Made by a program: the position numbers and the translations under genes. Source: Spirogloea muscicola (Eukaryota). Taken from it: DNA of 38,933 nt. Shown here in pieces: positions 8,314-26,800 of this stretch. The stretch is from positions 112,999 to 151,931 of the forward strand of contig WELB01000003.1 in assembly GCA_009602725.1 (NCBI GenBank). Reading direction: 5' to 3'. The notes beneath the pieces are model-generated. The model ran no database searches. It was given only the letters and a program-made list of their open reading frames with translations, and was not told where the DNA came from. How positions within the stretch are numbered: position 1 is the stretch's first letter; every line of letters starts with the position of its first letter.

Positions 8314-10917
8314 GGTTACTGAGCGTTCCCTGGCTGATGTCTTAGTCCTAGTCGTTCGCACTCAAGCTCCCTCAGACCTTGTCCATTCTTTTGGGCTGGC
8401 CTTTCCCAGCCACCAGTCAATCTGGCCGCGCTTTCTCTCTTTCGGGCCGCACCTTCGTTGCTTTTGCGGCTGGCCTCTCAAGCTGACCAGCGGCGCCGGG
8501 AACAGGGTGCAGCCCTTCCCAGCGCCGCTGGTCAGCTTGAGAGGCAACTTATTCCATGCGCCCCGCGCGCCTTCCCCCCGGTGGCTCGGTGCGTTTGGGT
8601 CTTGTTTCCTGCTGCCGAATGCGTTCATCTATGTGCCTACAAGAAAGTGCTCGCCCCAGCGAGCACTTTCTTGCGGTCCCAGCTTTGCATCGCCGGGCTG
8701 GTCGCGCCCTTGCAGCAGCCTCTGGTTTGCGCAGCGGGGTTGCTCTTCCTCCCAACAGAAGAATGCTCGCCCATTGAGGATTGGGGCTGGAAGAGCCAGC
8801 CCAAAATAGAATGAACAAAACATGAGAAGGGGGCCAGGGGAAGCGCTAAGAAAAACAAGAACACAAAGAAACAAAGCAGCTACGAATCACTCAGTAACCT
8901 CTTTATGGGCGGGCACTTTCTTCTGCTAAGCAACCGCAGATCAGAGATGCTAGGCTCCTCGAAGTAGGTCCCTTGGCCAGAGCCAGAGGCAGCAGGGAGG
9001 GCTCTGCCGGCACGAAGGTGCAGCGTGCGGGCCATAGACCTCTGCAGCGAGACGGCCAGGGCATACGGTACACTGGCGCCAGCGACCCGGCTGCAGGAAA
9101 GTCTACCGGCTCCCCATGGGAGCGACGGGCGATGGTGTAGCGGGCGAGCTGGGTGAGCAGCTCGAGCGACGAGCGCCCAGCGCCCCATGGGTGTCAATTG
9201 CCAACAGGAAGAACTCGTCTTCCCGCGGATGGTCGGCGTACTTGAGCTCTTTAGCCCGAGCGGCGCAGGCGACCGCATACCCAGCCTTAGTGGCACATCA
9301 GAAGAAAGTGCTCGCCCATTGAGGATAGGGGCTGTAAAAGCCAGCCCAAAAAGAATGAACAAAGTACGAGAAGGGGGCCAGGGGAATCGCTAAGAATAAC
9401 AAGCACACACAAAAACAAAGCAGCTACGAATCACTCAGTAACCCCTGCTAAGCAGCCGCAGATCAGAGATGCTAGGCTCCTGGAAGCGGGTCCCCACATT
9501 GGGCTGGGTATGAGCGGTCGTATGCGTCGGTGGTCACCACGTCCAGGAGAAGACGTGGCCCGCCGGCCTGTGGGGTGGCCACCAGGTCTACGCGACGGGC
9601 TTGGAGACCGTCGGCCCTTTCCACCAACTTGCACTTTGTAGTGTTGTCCTTTTTCAGCACCTCTTTCTTTGGCTTTGAACATTGTCCATTCTTTTTGGGT
9701 TGGCTTTGCCAGCCCCTCTTCTCAATGGGCGAGCACCTTCTTCTTTCCTGGAGCGTACTCTGTTCATTCTTTTTTGGGCTGGCTTTTCCAGCCCCTATCC
9801 TCGAATGGCGAGCACTTTCTTTTTTCCTGGAGCGGCATGACGCCGGAGTGCTGCGCTGCCACCGAGAAGCCAGCCTCCACCAGGATGCCATGCATCGCAT
9901 CGCGGAGGCGGTCGTGGGCCGCAGTCCGCTCGCCGCCGTGGGCGCAGCGCAGAACATGAGCGGCCAGCTCCCGGGACTCAGCCCCTCAACATTTCGTGTA
10001 TAAGAAACAAATGTAGGCCAAATGGCCAAGTACAAAGGCAAGCACATCTAAAGATCTACAGAATATACAGCATGTTGACCCGCTCAATAACCACGGGTCA
10101 AAACATAAAGGTCACTAATCGATGCATGAATACTAGATGCCAGAAACGGAGCCCTTCTGCAACCAACTAGAGCTCGCCCAGCTTTCTGGTGCAAGGCACC
10201 AGCCTGAGCACGCTGCAAACAGGTTGAAACTCGTCGTCGCAAGAGCGACAGATATGCAGCTGGCAAGCGCAGCCCCGTCGCTCGCCGCATACACACTGGA
10301 GCACACCCTCTTCCGCCCCTCAGCTCATCTGACTTCCGACTGCTGACACGGGGGTATTGAGGGCGCCCTGTCTCCGAGTTACTCTGATCTGCTGTTGCTC
10401 ACACGTGCATACTGAGCATCCATCTGCATCTCCCTCTGCACCGTCTGCACGATCTCTTTCTGCACCGTCTTGCAATTTGTAGTTTAGTCCTTTTTCGGCA
10501 CTTCTTTCTTTGGCTTTGAACATTGTCCATTCTTTTTGGGCTGGCTATGGGCGGGCACTTTCTTCTGTCTACCTAGCCTTTGGCTCCGTCATGAACACCT
10601 GTATGCATCTGGCTGGCAGTTTACAGCTGATTCTTTAATATCCGCAGCCGCATTCTCTTCCAGGCGGCCCCCCTTTTCCTGTTTCGGCCTGTTTGCAGCG
10701 TGCTCAGGCTAGTGCCTTGCACCAGAAAGCTGGGCGAGCTCTAGTAGGTGGCAGAAGGGCTCCGTTCCTGGCATCTAGTATTCATGCATCGAGTAGTGAC
10801 CTTTATGTTTTGACCCGTGGTTATTGAGCGGGTCAATCTGCTGTAGGTTATGTAGATTGTTAGATGTGCTTGCCTTTGTACCTGGCCATTTGGCCTACAT
10901 TTCTTTCTAATGCACGA
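8314..10917. mobile_element. Non-coding foldback/MITE-like repeat complex built from a ~60-bp module and long direct and inverted repeats
   Basis: The module AGAAAGTGCTCGCCCATTGAGGATAGGGGCTGGAAAAGCCAGCCCAAAAAGAATGAACA occurs in both orientations (~8379-8410 -, 8757-8817 +, 9300-9361 +, ~9683-9745 -, ~9761-9820 -, ~10523-10565 -). Direct repeats: 8757-8972/9300-9494 and ~9628-9705/10470-10546. Inverted repeat: 9994-10230/10681-10917. Confidence 0.7.
9994..10917. repeat. ~237-bp inverted repeat pair flanking a ~450-bp spacer
   Basis: 9994-10230 is a near-identical reverse complement of 10681-10917 (e.g. atgtaggccaaatggccaagtacaaaggcaagcacatcta vs tagatgtgcttgcctttgtacctggccatttggcctacat). Confidence 0.9.
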
Positions 10918-11285
10918 TCTTTTCTTTTCCGAATCAGCAGCCGCGTTTCGTTCCTTTTTGTTCTCACCCGCCCGCCAGTTTCAATTCAAACCCCGGAGCT
11001 CCTTCGCCTGCTCGCCACTGCCGCCGCCCGCCCGCCGCCGGCGGTTGCGGCGCGCCCGGCACGCCGCTGCCGAGCTCTGTGGACGGCCGTGCTCAGCGAG
11101 GCTCCGCCGCTTGGGTGAGGGCGCGCGGCCGAGGGGCCTGGCAGTGGCGCCTCCAGGCGCTGGCTGGAGGAAAGGAGGTGCCGGCTGGGCGGCAGCCGCG
11201 GCAGCGCTCCGCGCCCTCGGCGTCCAGGGGGGGCCGCACTCGATCGCCGAGCTCATTTAGCGCAGCTGAATCCGACGCTGCATCC

Positions 11286-19509
<8,224 letters not shown>

Positions 19510-19857
19510 GCTTTGAACCAAAAAGCACTTGCATCTTTAACAATGGGGTAACAAGTAGGTTGATGAGTGATTCTAATTTTGCAGGCTTGAGGTGTGCCTA
19601 ATCGCTTTGTGGTATGTACAGGTTGGAAAGATGGATGTTCAGTCCTACATAGACTCATACCAACATACTGATAGCCTCTTTTCCGCCCCCTTGTTTGCTT
19701 AGTGACTACAAGCAGTATACCTGCGCTTTCACTTATGGAGTATTGCTTGCTCCAATGTATGTCCTATTGCTGTCAGATCTGCAAAGAAAGCCTACATTGC
19801 TGCATTACCTTGCCAAAGCAACGACATAACGTGCTCATTATGTGTATCTTGTCAGCA

Positions 19858-22800
19858 CTACTCTACATTTGCAGCTTGCTCCCGCAGATGTTCTATTGCC
19901 TGCTTCATTCTGAGGCCCAGTTGAGTCAAAGCCATATCAGCAGCCTGCACAAGCAGCGTGTCGTGCTTAGCAAGCTGTACATGCCAAGTACTCAGGCAGG
20001 GCAGGTGAGATTGCACCAGCAAGTTCTGGAGGATGCTCAAGCAGGAGCCAAGGATCTGAAGCATTCAGATCCAAGTTCAAGCTCTGGGACTTTGACTACT
20101 GGGTTAGAGCCATCTGCCATTTGCAACTTGCCTTCGAGCAAAGCGTGTTGGCCTCTCTGTGAAGCTCCCGTGTCAAGAACTCCAGTGACCTCCCTACACG
20201 TATCACTTCCTGGAGGGGCCTGGCACACGACCAGCGGTGCTCTTAGAGCTCCTGTGCGATGGTCACATCCAGCCTGTAGCAGTGCCTCAGGCAAGCTGCC
20301 TACCTGGACTGGCCCGGGCTGATCAGGAGCTCCTCTGCTGACTTCACATGTATCCGCAACCTGTCCAACTGACAGACAAGAAAGTGCAAGCAATAATGTG
20401 CAACTACAAGTGGAAACACAGTCCTCTATAGGTCAGAAGAGGCCAGTGGCCTGCCTCATAGATGGTCAATCTACATACAATGCTATGCAAGGTGGTGGTG
20501 TTTTGGATGTTAATTTCTTTCACGAGGATAGACTGATGAACTTGTCCACTAAACACCTTCCCCTACATGCGAGTGCAAGCAGCCAAAGTACTCTAGCTCC
20601 TAAGAACCCCCTAGCACTCACCTCTTCCCGTACATCCATGCGCGTAGCCAAGTACGCAGCCTCCTGCTCAAGCCTGCCACGGTCCAGCTCCAAGCCAGTC
20701 TCCAGGAGCTCCTCAACCTGCTCATCACAGACTGGCTGCTGAGCAAGCGAGGCTATGGCACTGATAAAGAATGTTATTGACAAAAGCACCTAACTCCCAG
20801 TAACATGCTTAGGTACATTTCCTCAGTACGTTTCCTGTGCAGGGATTTCTCTGCTCACTTGTGACCTCAGCTTCTCTTTCATGGCCTTGGGCTGCGCTTC
20901 AGCAAGCCGCGCAGCCTGATCCACCAGCACGGCAATCTCAGTCAGGTGGGAGCACAGGACGCTTGCCAGTCTCGTACCCTCGGCCCGGCGGCTCAAGGCC
21001 AGCTGCTCCAGAGAGGCCGCCATGCTGTCATAAGCAATGCCCAAGGGCCATGATGTACTTTGTGTTCTGCATCGCTACTGGTGTTTATATGATGCTCGTA
21101 TCAATTGCCATGCCAGTCCTACACTACCCTGCCTAGAAGCGCACAGCTTTTCTTGCTCGCGGCCTTACATCTGGTGGATCTGCCCCTAGCAGCCCAGTCC
21201 AACAATGGACATACCTTGCAGAGACAGCCTCCAGCTGTTGAATAACTTCACCATCCTGAGTACCAGAGTTTCTGCAGTCCACCCGATCTAAGATTCCCTG
21301 TCAGTCAGAACCTGTCGGTCAGGACAGATGCTCCCTATCAATCTCAATGGACGCCCTCTTTCTCTTGATGGGGACTGAGCTAGAAGACCCACTCCAGATA
21401 GCTCAGCATGCAGGACAACCTACAATCCATGTTGATGCTATGACTTACAGGCAGTCTCAAGATGCTGTCAGTTGTCAGAGGTGGGGAGAAAGCCAGCTGA
21501 GGCAGCTTCACTTCCAGAGCTTCCGCTGCCTCAAGGACCTGCCCACCATGATAGGAGCTGCTGAGAGGGCCTGATGCTGGCCTAGAAGCTCCAATCCTGA
21601 CATTATTACAAGAGGGCAACAGCATGGTACTTGTTTGAAATCTCTACTCATACCCTCACTATGAAGATCCATGAGTGGTGGAGTAAACGCCCTGTTCGGT
21701 ATTAGGCATGCAGAGATTCAGGCTATTCTCATGTGCCCTGACACAGGTGGAGCGAGGAATAGCATCAGAACCTGTCTGACGGCAGCCTCATTGATGACGA
21801 TTTTGCTTGCCTTATCTGCAACTTCTTCTGACTGCTACACGCAAGACGCGCCATTGAGAAGGTTCCTTAACTCTGCCCCTTCCAGCATGAAGCTGGAAGC
21901 GTGTCTTCATTGAAGAGGTATGGCATTTGTGGCAGAGCTGTGGCACCTGCAAGGTAAGGGTGGCGTTGATCGTCCCGCGCGCAAATTGCTGCTGTGCAGA
22001 AGTTGCAAGCGCCTGCTGGAGGCCCGAGATACTTGTCGGGCAGCCGGCACTTGACATCCAAAGTACGCCCATTGACGCTCCTCATCTGCATGACCAGCCC
22101 CAACTTATCTGCCTCATATCTTGCTGACGGCAAGGGATGTTCCATCAGTGATCACAGTAGACTAGTTGCAATTGACGCTGGAATGAATCATGAGCATGAT
22201 AAGCGGCTAAAGTTTTCTTATACATTAATCATCATCAGGGAGAAAGCAAAGAAGGTCAATGCAGGTACAAGAGAACAGCACCTCCCAGCACCATGTCAGC
22301 CCGTCCACACGACCCTCGGAGGTAGCAAACCCCGTCATGCCCGAGATACCAACATCGCCCGGCAGTGCTGCAGCTTGTCCCAGATTGTCACCATCCACCG
22401 GCCCAATGCCAGGTGTGACAGCAACGGGGACAGGCGGCAGTCTTTCGACACTCTGGTCGCACCCAACGACCACTGCCCACGGTCGGATCCACCACTTGAT
22501 CACCAGACCATTTAGCACGTATGGATCCCGTGCTGCAAACTGCTCCGCATCTGCATCCATGTTATCAGCTTAGCATCAATGTGCAATTGCATGTGAGACT
22601 GTTGCTCTCACATGGATGAGCTGCTTTGAGCAATACCAGCAGCAAGTGCACAATCTAAGATATTGTTCTTACCGCTAATGTGCCCGACATGGAAGACGAG
22701 GACGGCACTGTCAACTGGATCATGCAGTGGGCCACCTAGCAGGAGGTCGTCGCGGGCGACATGCTCCTGGCAGAGCGCCAAGTGCGCTGCACGGTGTGGC

Positions 22801-23837
22801 ACCCGCCTTTCCACAACGTTCTTGACGTACTCTGCGTGGTACAGCAGCCGCCTAACTATCAGGCTGGCCCTGGACTTCACTAGCTCCATACTGCGCCGTC
22901 AAAGTGCGAGCATGCCTTGATTCTGAGTCATTGACTTGATCAGCTGCTGGAGATCACATCTGTGAAAGAACCCGACTTAAGATCAGGAGCCGACACTGTC
23001 ATTGACTTGCTTGTACTAGTGTGGCTGATTTCTGCAAACGGCTGACAGCAAGTAGTGCCAGCCTTTTGAGGTCTAATTCGTCAGCCGCCAAGCCTTGGAC
23101 AATTTGCTGTCCTCTCCTTCTCGCTCTCGACAGGCAGCTTCTGCTTCACTGCTGGCTATAAGAAGCATGACAGCTGTGACATGGTTTTTGAGGAGAACGA
23201 TGTGCTGAAGAGAAGGTGCTGAGTCTGTGCCCTCGCTGCTGGCTGAGATGCTGACCCAGCAGACTGCGACCTGGACCTGTGACGGGCATGGAGCGTGGGC
23301 AGGAGTCCCCGCCTCAGGCTCATTGCTCGGACCACTTTTGACGCTTTTCTTGCCCCTTCGAATCTCTTGTTCTGGGCTGGCCAATTGCAGCCATCGCCCT
23401 CGAATGGAAGAGTTTTGTATTCAAAATCTTGGACTGTGAGCTTGGGCAGGAGGGAGCACTAAAGAGGGAGGGGGTAGAATCTGGGGGGTTGAGGAATACG
23501 ATTGAGGTTTCTGGTGATGGAAGTCCAAGTTATTTCCAGGACTCAAGGCTCAGAAGAAAGTGCTCGCACATTGAGAATAGGCTCAGAGGGGTCCAAGTCC
23601 AACGTGTAGAGTCCGAGGTCTAGGTTTCGGTTCAGGATGCGTTACCGTAAAAGAGCACGAAGTGCCGCCTGGCCCGCTCGCCACTGTCCGGCGGCGGTGC
23701 GGCGGTGGCAGAAACCGCCCTCGCTGGCGCCAATCTCGCGGCGGCGGCTCCGGCGCCGCTGTGGCCGCGGCTATGGCGGCAGTCGGCGTCCGCCAGCAGG
23801 CGCCGCGGCGGCGGCAGGCGGCGGGCGGCGGCGGCCA
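19858..23837 (-). CDS. YCII-domain / YicC(YloC)-family endoribonuclease fusion protein with transit-peptide-like N-terminus (5' end lost at N 23838; one +1 frameshift near 22022)
   Basis: Exons (-): 23837-23646, 22831-22673, 22550-22282, 22085-21947, 21834-21772, 21538-21449, 21297-21215, ~21066 or ~21024-20859, 20717-20622, 20368-20304, 20219-20132, 19944-19858. YCII: HFVLFYEYVKNVVERRVPHRAAHL...LLLGGPL.DPVDSAVLVF...AEQFAARDPYVLNGLV.KWWIRPW.VVVG. YicC: ISGMTGFA...WCWEMRSVNGRTLDVKCRLP...FARGTI...SRRAEG.RL...LDRGRLEQEAAYLATRMDVREELDRLRIHV...VGRSLEFLTRELHREANTLCSKAADMALTQLGLRMKQAIEHLREQAANVE*. Confidence 0.88.
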
Positions 23838-23838
23838 N

Positions 23839-26800
23839 TGTCATGCTCAGATGCTCCCAAGTTAGATACACGTAATCGAAGCATAGGGGCAACATCACGG
23901 TCTCCAAGAAATTCATTGTCAAGTGCTTCTCGAACTGCTTCTTCTGCTTTTACATTTGCAAGTTCCTGTGAGATGAGAAGATGAGAAGCATTTAGTCAAA
24001 CAGCATGCCTTCAGGCTGTAGCGGAAGTGAGAGCATCAGTCCTCTGATCTGACAACTTACCTGTTGCTTAATTTGCAGAATAGGAGATCCTACATGCTGT
24101 GCAGGACGATCAAGTCCAGAGCATATTGGAGAGCAGTCACCTTGCTGTCCTCTTCATTTGGGTATCCTTCATCTGCTCCATCGTCGTCTTTCCTCAAATT
24201 CAGGAGGGTAGACTCGGCAATCCTTGCACGCCTGACAGTCAAGAAGTATGCAGGCACATAATGTATGACACCCTGGCAAAGCAAGGCGTGACGATCTGAT
24301 TGGCTTTATGTGATTGAGAATACTAGAAGTGAGGGCAGCCTTGCACTTCTTGGTCTGTCTTGGGTACTCGACTGGGAGGACAACTGAGTGAGCATGTTGA
24401 AAACGAATCTAGATTTGGAGCTCACCTCTCTTCGTGCTGACACCTGGCTACATCTTCAGCTTTCTCAGACCTCATGACCCCCTGTCCATTTGATTGCCTG
24501 CACAATTCAGGCTCTTATCGAATGAGCAGGAGTATGCCAGTGGTGAAGCTTGAACTCATCAGCCACCTGCAGATTTGCAGAGGATTTACCGCTGCCAGTA
24601 AAGCATGGGGTAAATGCGGGTCACAGTGACGATTGTTGACGAGATCACACCACCATCTTCTTTGACACGGTGTAAGGCTAGTGGAGGCATAGGCTGTTTG
24701 CCTGTCATTGACATTATGCAGTACATAAATTACTGCTCAGAAGGGCTCTCCGTCCCAACTCTGTGAAGCAACATCCATGAGCATCTTACACCAAAATGCA
24801 ATCTACGTGACACCAAGTCCGTTAAGGAATCCACACAAGGCAGTACATGCCCTCAGCAGGTCAATGAGGCAAATGGTTTGCATCATACAGAGGCCAAGCT
24901 TGTCCGCCCAGTGTGCCCGGTAAGTGCAATTCATGTGAAGCAGCAAGCAGGCTTCAGGATAGGCCTGCACAAAGTCAAATTATGTTGTCAGTTCTGTCGC
25001 ATGCCCTTGTGCTGATGACTGCATTTGTTGAGCACATCAGCACCACAATTGGCAGCCAGAATTTTGAGTAGGTATGACCTCCAAGGGTGGCAAACCCTCT
25101 GGACAACCTTGCAGCTCCGCTCTGCAAATCTGCATATGCAAAAACGTGACCTCAAGCTGTTGTCAGCCAGTCTTTCCTGAAAGACAAACACATCTTCAGT
25201 AGTAAAGTGCCAGGTGGTACTTGCTCTCACCCTCAATTTCTGTCCAATGAAGATTTTGCCTTGATGCAGCAAGTTTGTCAAGGGTGTATCTAAACGGCCC
25301 TTAATTTGGTACCTGCAAGAAGTGCTACAAGCATCAGTCATGCCACAATTCAGACACTGCCATGATTGAGATTGCAGCAGTACTACAACAAGATATCACA
25401 TAGGAAGCTTGGATCCAGTAGTGCGCAGGTGATAAGAGAGATGAAGAACTCACCAACCATCTGTGAGCAGAAGTACTGCACTTTCATGTACTGCACCTGC
25501 AAGATGTGGTATTATGTTAGCAATTCTCACTGAAGCGGTATAACCCTTAATAGGCACTTGTAAGAATTTTTACCTCCTGCTTGATTGATGGTGCTGCTTT
25601 CCTGTATAGCTGCAACACACAGAACCATATGACAGCCAGCAGGGGCGTCCTTCTCTGTTATCTTCCTCAAAATTGGTCGCTGTCCCATGTTGATCTCTCG
25701 ATTGTACCTTCATACCACACACAAGTATCAGAAAACATGACAGTAGTTCATGCCGAATATCAGTGAGATACATACGTGGCCTAGTAGGAGGGCATTGTAG
25801 TAATTTGTCAGCCAGCCTTTGAGTTGCCCTGTATGCTACAGTCTCAAAGCAAGCCAACCTGTAGCTGAGCTCATCAAAGACCCTCTGCTTGGTGAGGTAC
25901 TTTCCACCTAGATGCCGAGGAAAGCTGCGCTCATAGGAGGCAAGCTTCCACACTATCCACTTAAAGTGGTTTGCTGTCCACCTTATTCAGAAAAACTGCC
26001 CTAGGTCAGTGTGTATGTATTGCAGCCAGTGTGATTTGTGCATGAAAGGCTAGCTCCTTGCAGCTCATACTTGGTAATAGCTGCTGTAAGTTTGTTGTGC
26101 TCACTCAGACGTAGCAAGTTGAGGCAGTGCCCCTGTCAAAAGAAGGCTTTGCCTCATTTCTGCATGGCCTGCCGGATTGGAGTTGGGTCCATCAGATGCC
26201 CGGTAAAGAAGTGCAGCCTCACTGGTCATGTCTTGCACATCAACCGCCAAGCGACCAACCTGACAACAATATGTCTGCATTGTCAATAGCTCCATCTAAT
26301 CTGAAAAATCTCGCCGTGATAAATAGGAGGACTCCATTGAATTAGAAACTGTCAGTCTCCAAGGTCAAGCTTACCTCTTCACACTTCCTTGGGCTCTCAT
26401 CGAAGACACTCAGAATGCTGGGCCGCTGGCATTCGCAAGCAGAGCTCTCATAGAGAGGATGCAATTGGCGTGCCAACTTAGGAGAGGGAATGAGTGGATG
26501 ACTTGGTTGCTGCATACACTCTGTGCTTGAAGCCGAAGGCACTTGTAAAGTGATAGAATCAACTTGGTTGTCTGGGGTCTTCAACAAATCCTCTGTGCAT
26601 TTTGGACCAAGAACGCTGGAGTGGCCTGGTGAAACGTCATCCACGGAGCTTGAAGCTCTTGCACTTGCTTGTGGAAGCCGATTGGCCTCCAGGCTTACCT
26701 GAGGGGAACTGAATCTGCTAATTCGCAGACACAGAATGGCACATAAGTGTAGACAGTTGACACAGCAATACAGCAGTGACCCTCTAACCAGCAACTGTGA

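Noticed and set aside
10075..10120. Helitron 3' end suggested by the 8-bp hairpin
   Set aside because: The hairpin is internal to both arms of a long inverted repeat, and homology continues past any CTRR-like site.
9431..10523. Paralogous short ORFs beginning MFKAKER(G/S)AEKG
   Set aside because: The similarity comes only from the ~80-bp DNA direct repeat; the ORFs diverge immediately after it.
8314..10600. CRISPR-like interpretation of the repeated module
   Set aside because: Copies are in both orientations, irregularly spaced and variable in length, with no cas genes and a eukaryotic context.
19858..22347. Bacterial contamination as the source of YicC
   Set aside because: The domain is split by nine spliceosomal introns and is contiguous, with no Ns, with the SMC5 3' end.
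23073..23384. 103-aa ORF inside the first YCII-YicC intron
   Set aside because: No motif recognised, and including it would split the YCII first strand (FVLFY|EY).
23632..23922. ORF apparently linking the BRCA2 region to YCII (possible BRCA2-YCII-YicC fusion)
   Set aside because: It reads through the N at 23838, and its 5' part is not in the BRCA2 frame; best explained by a collapsed gap.
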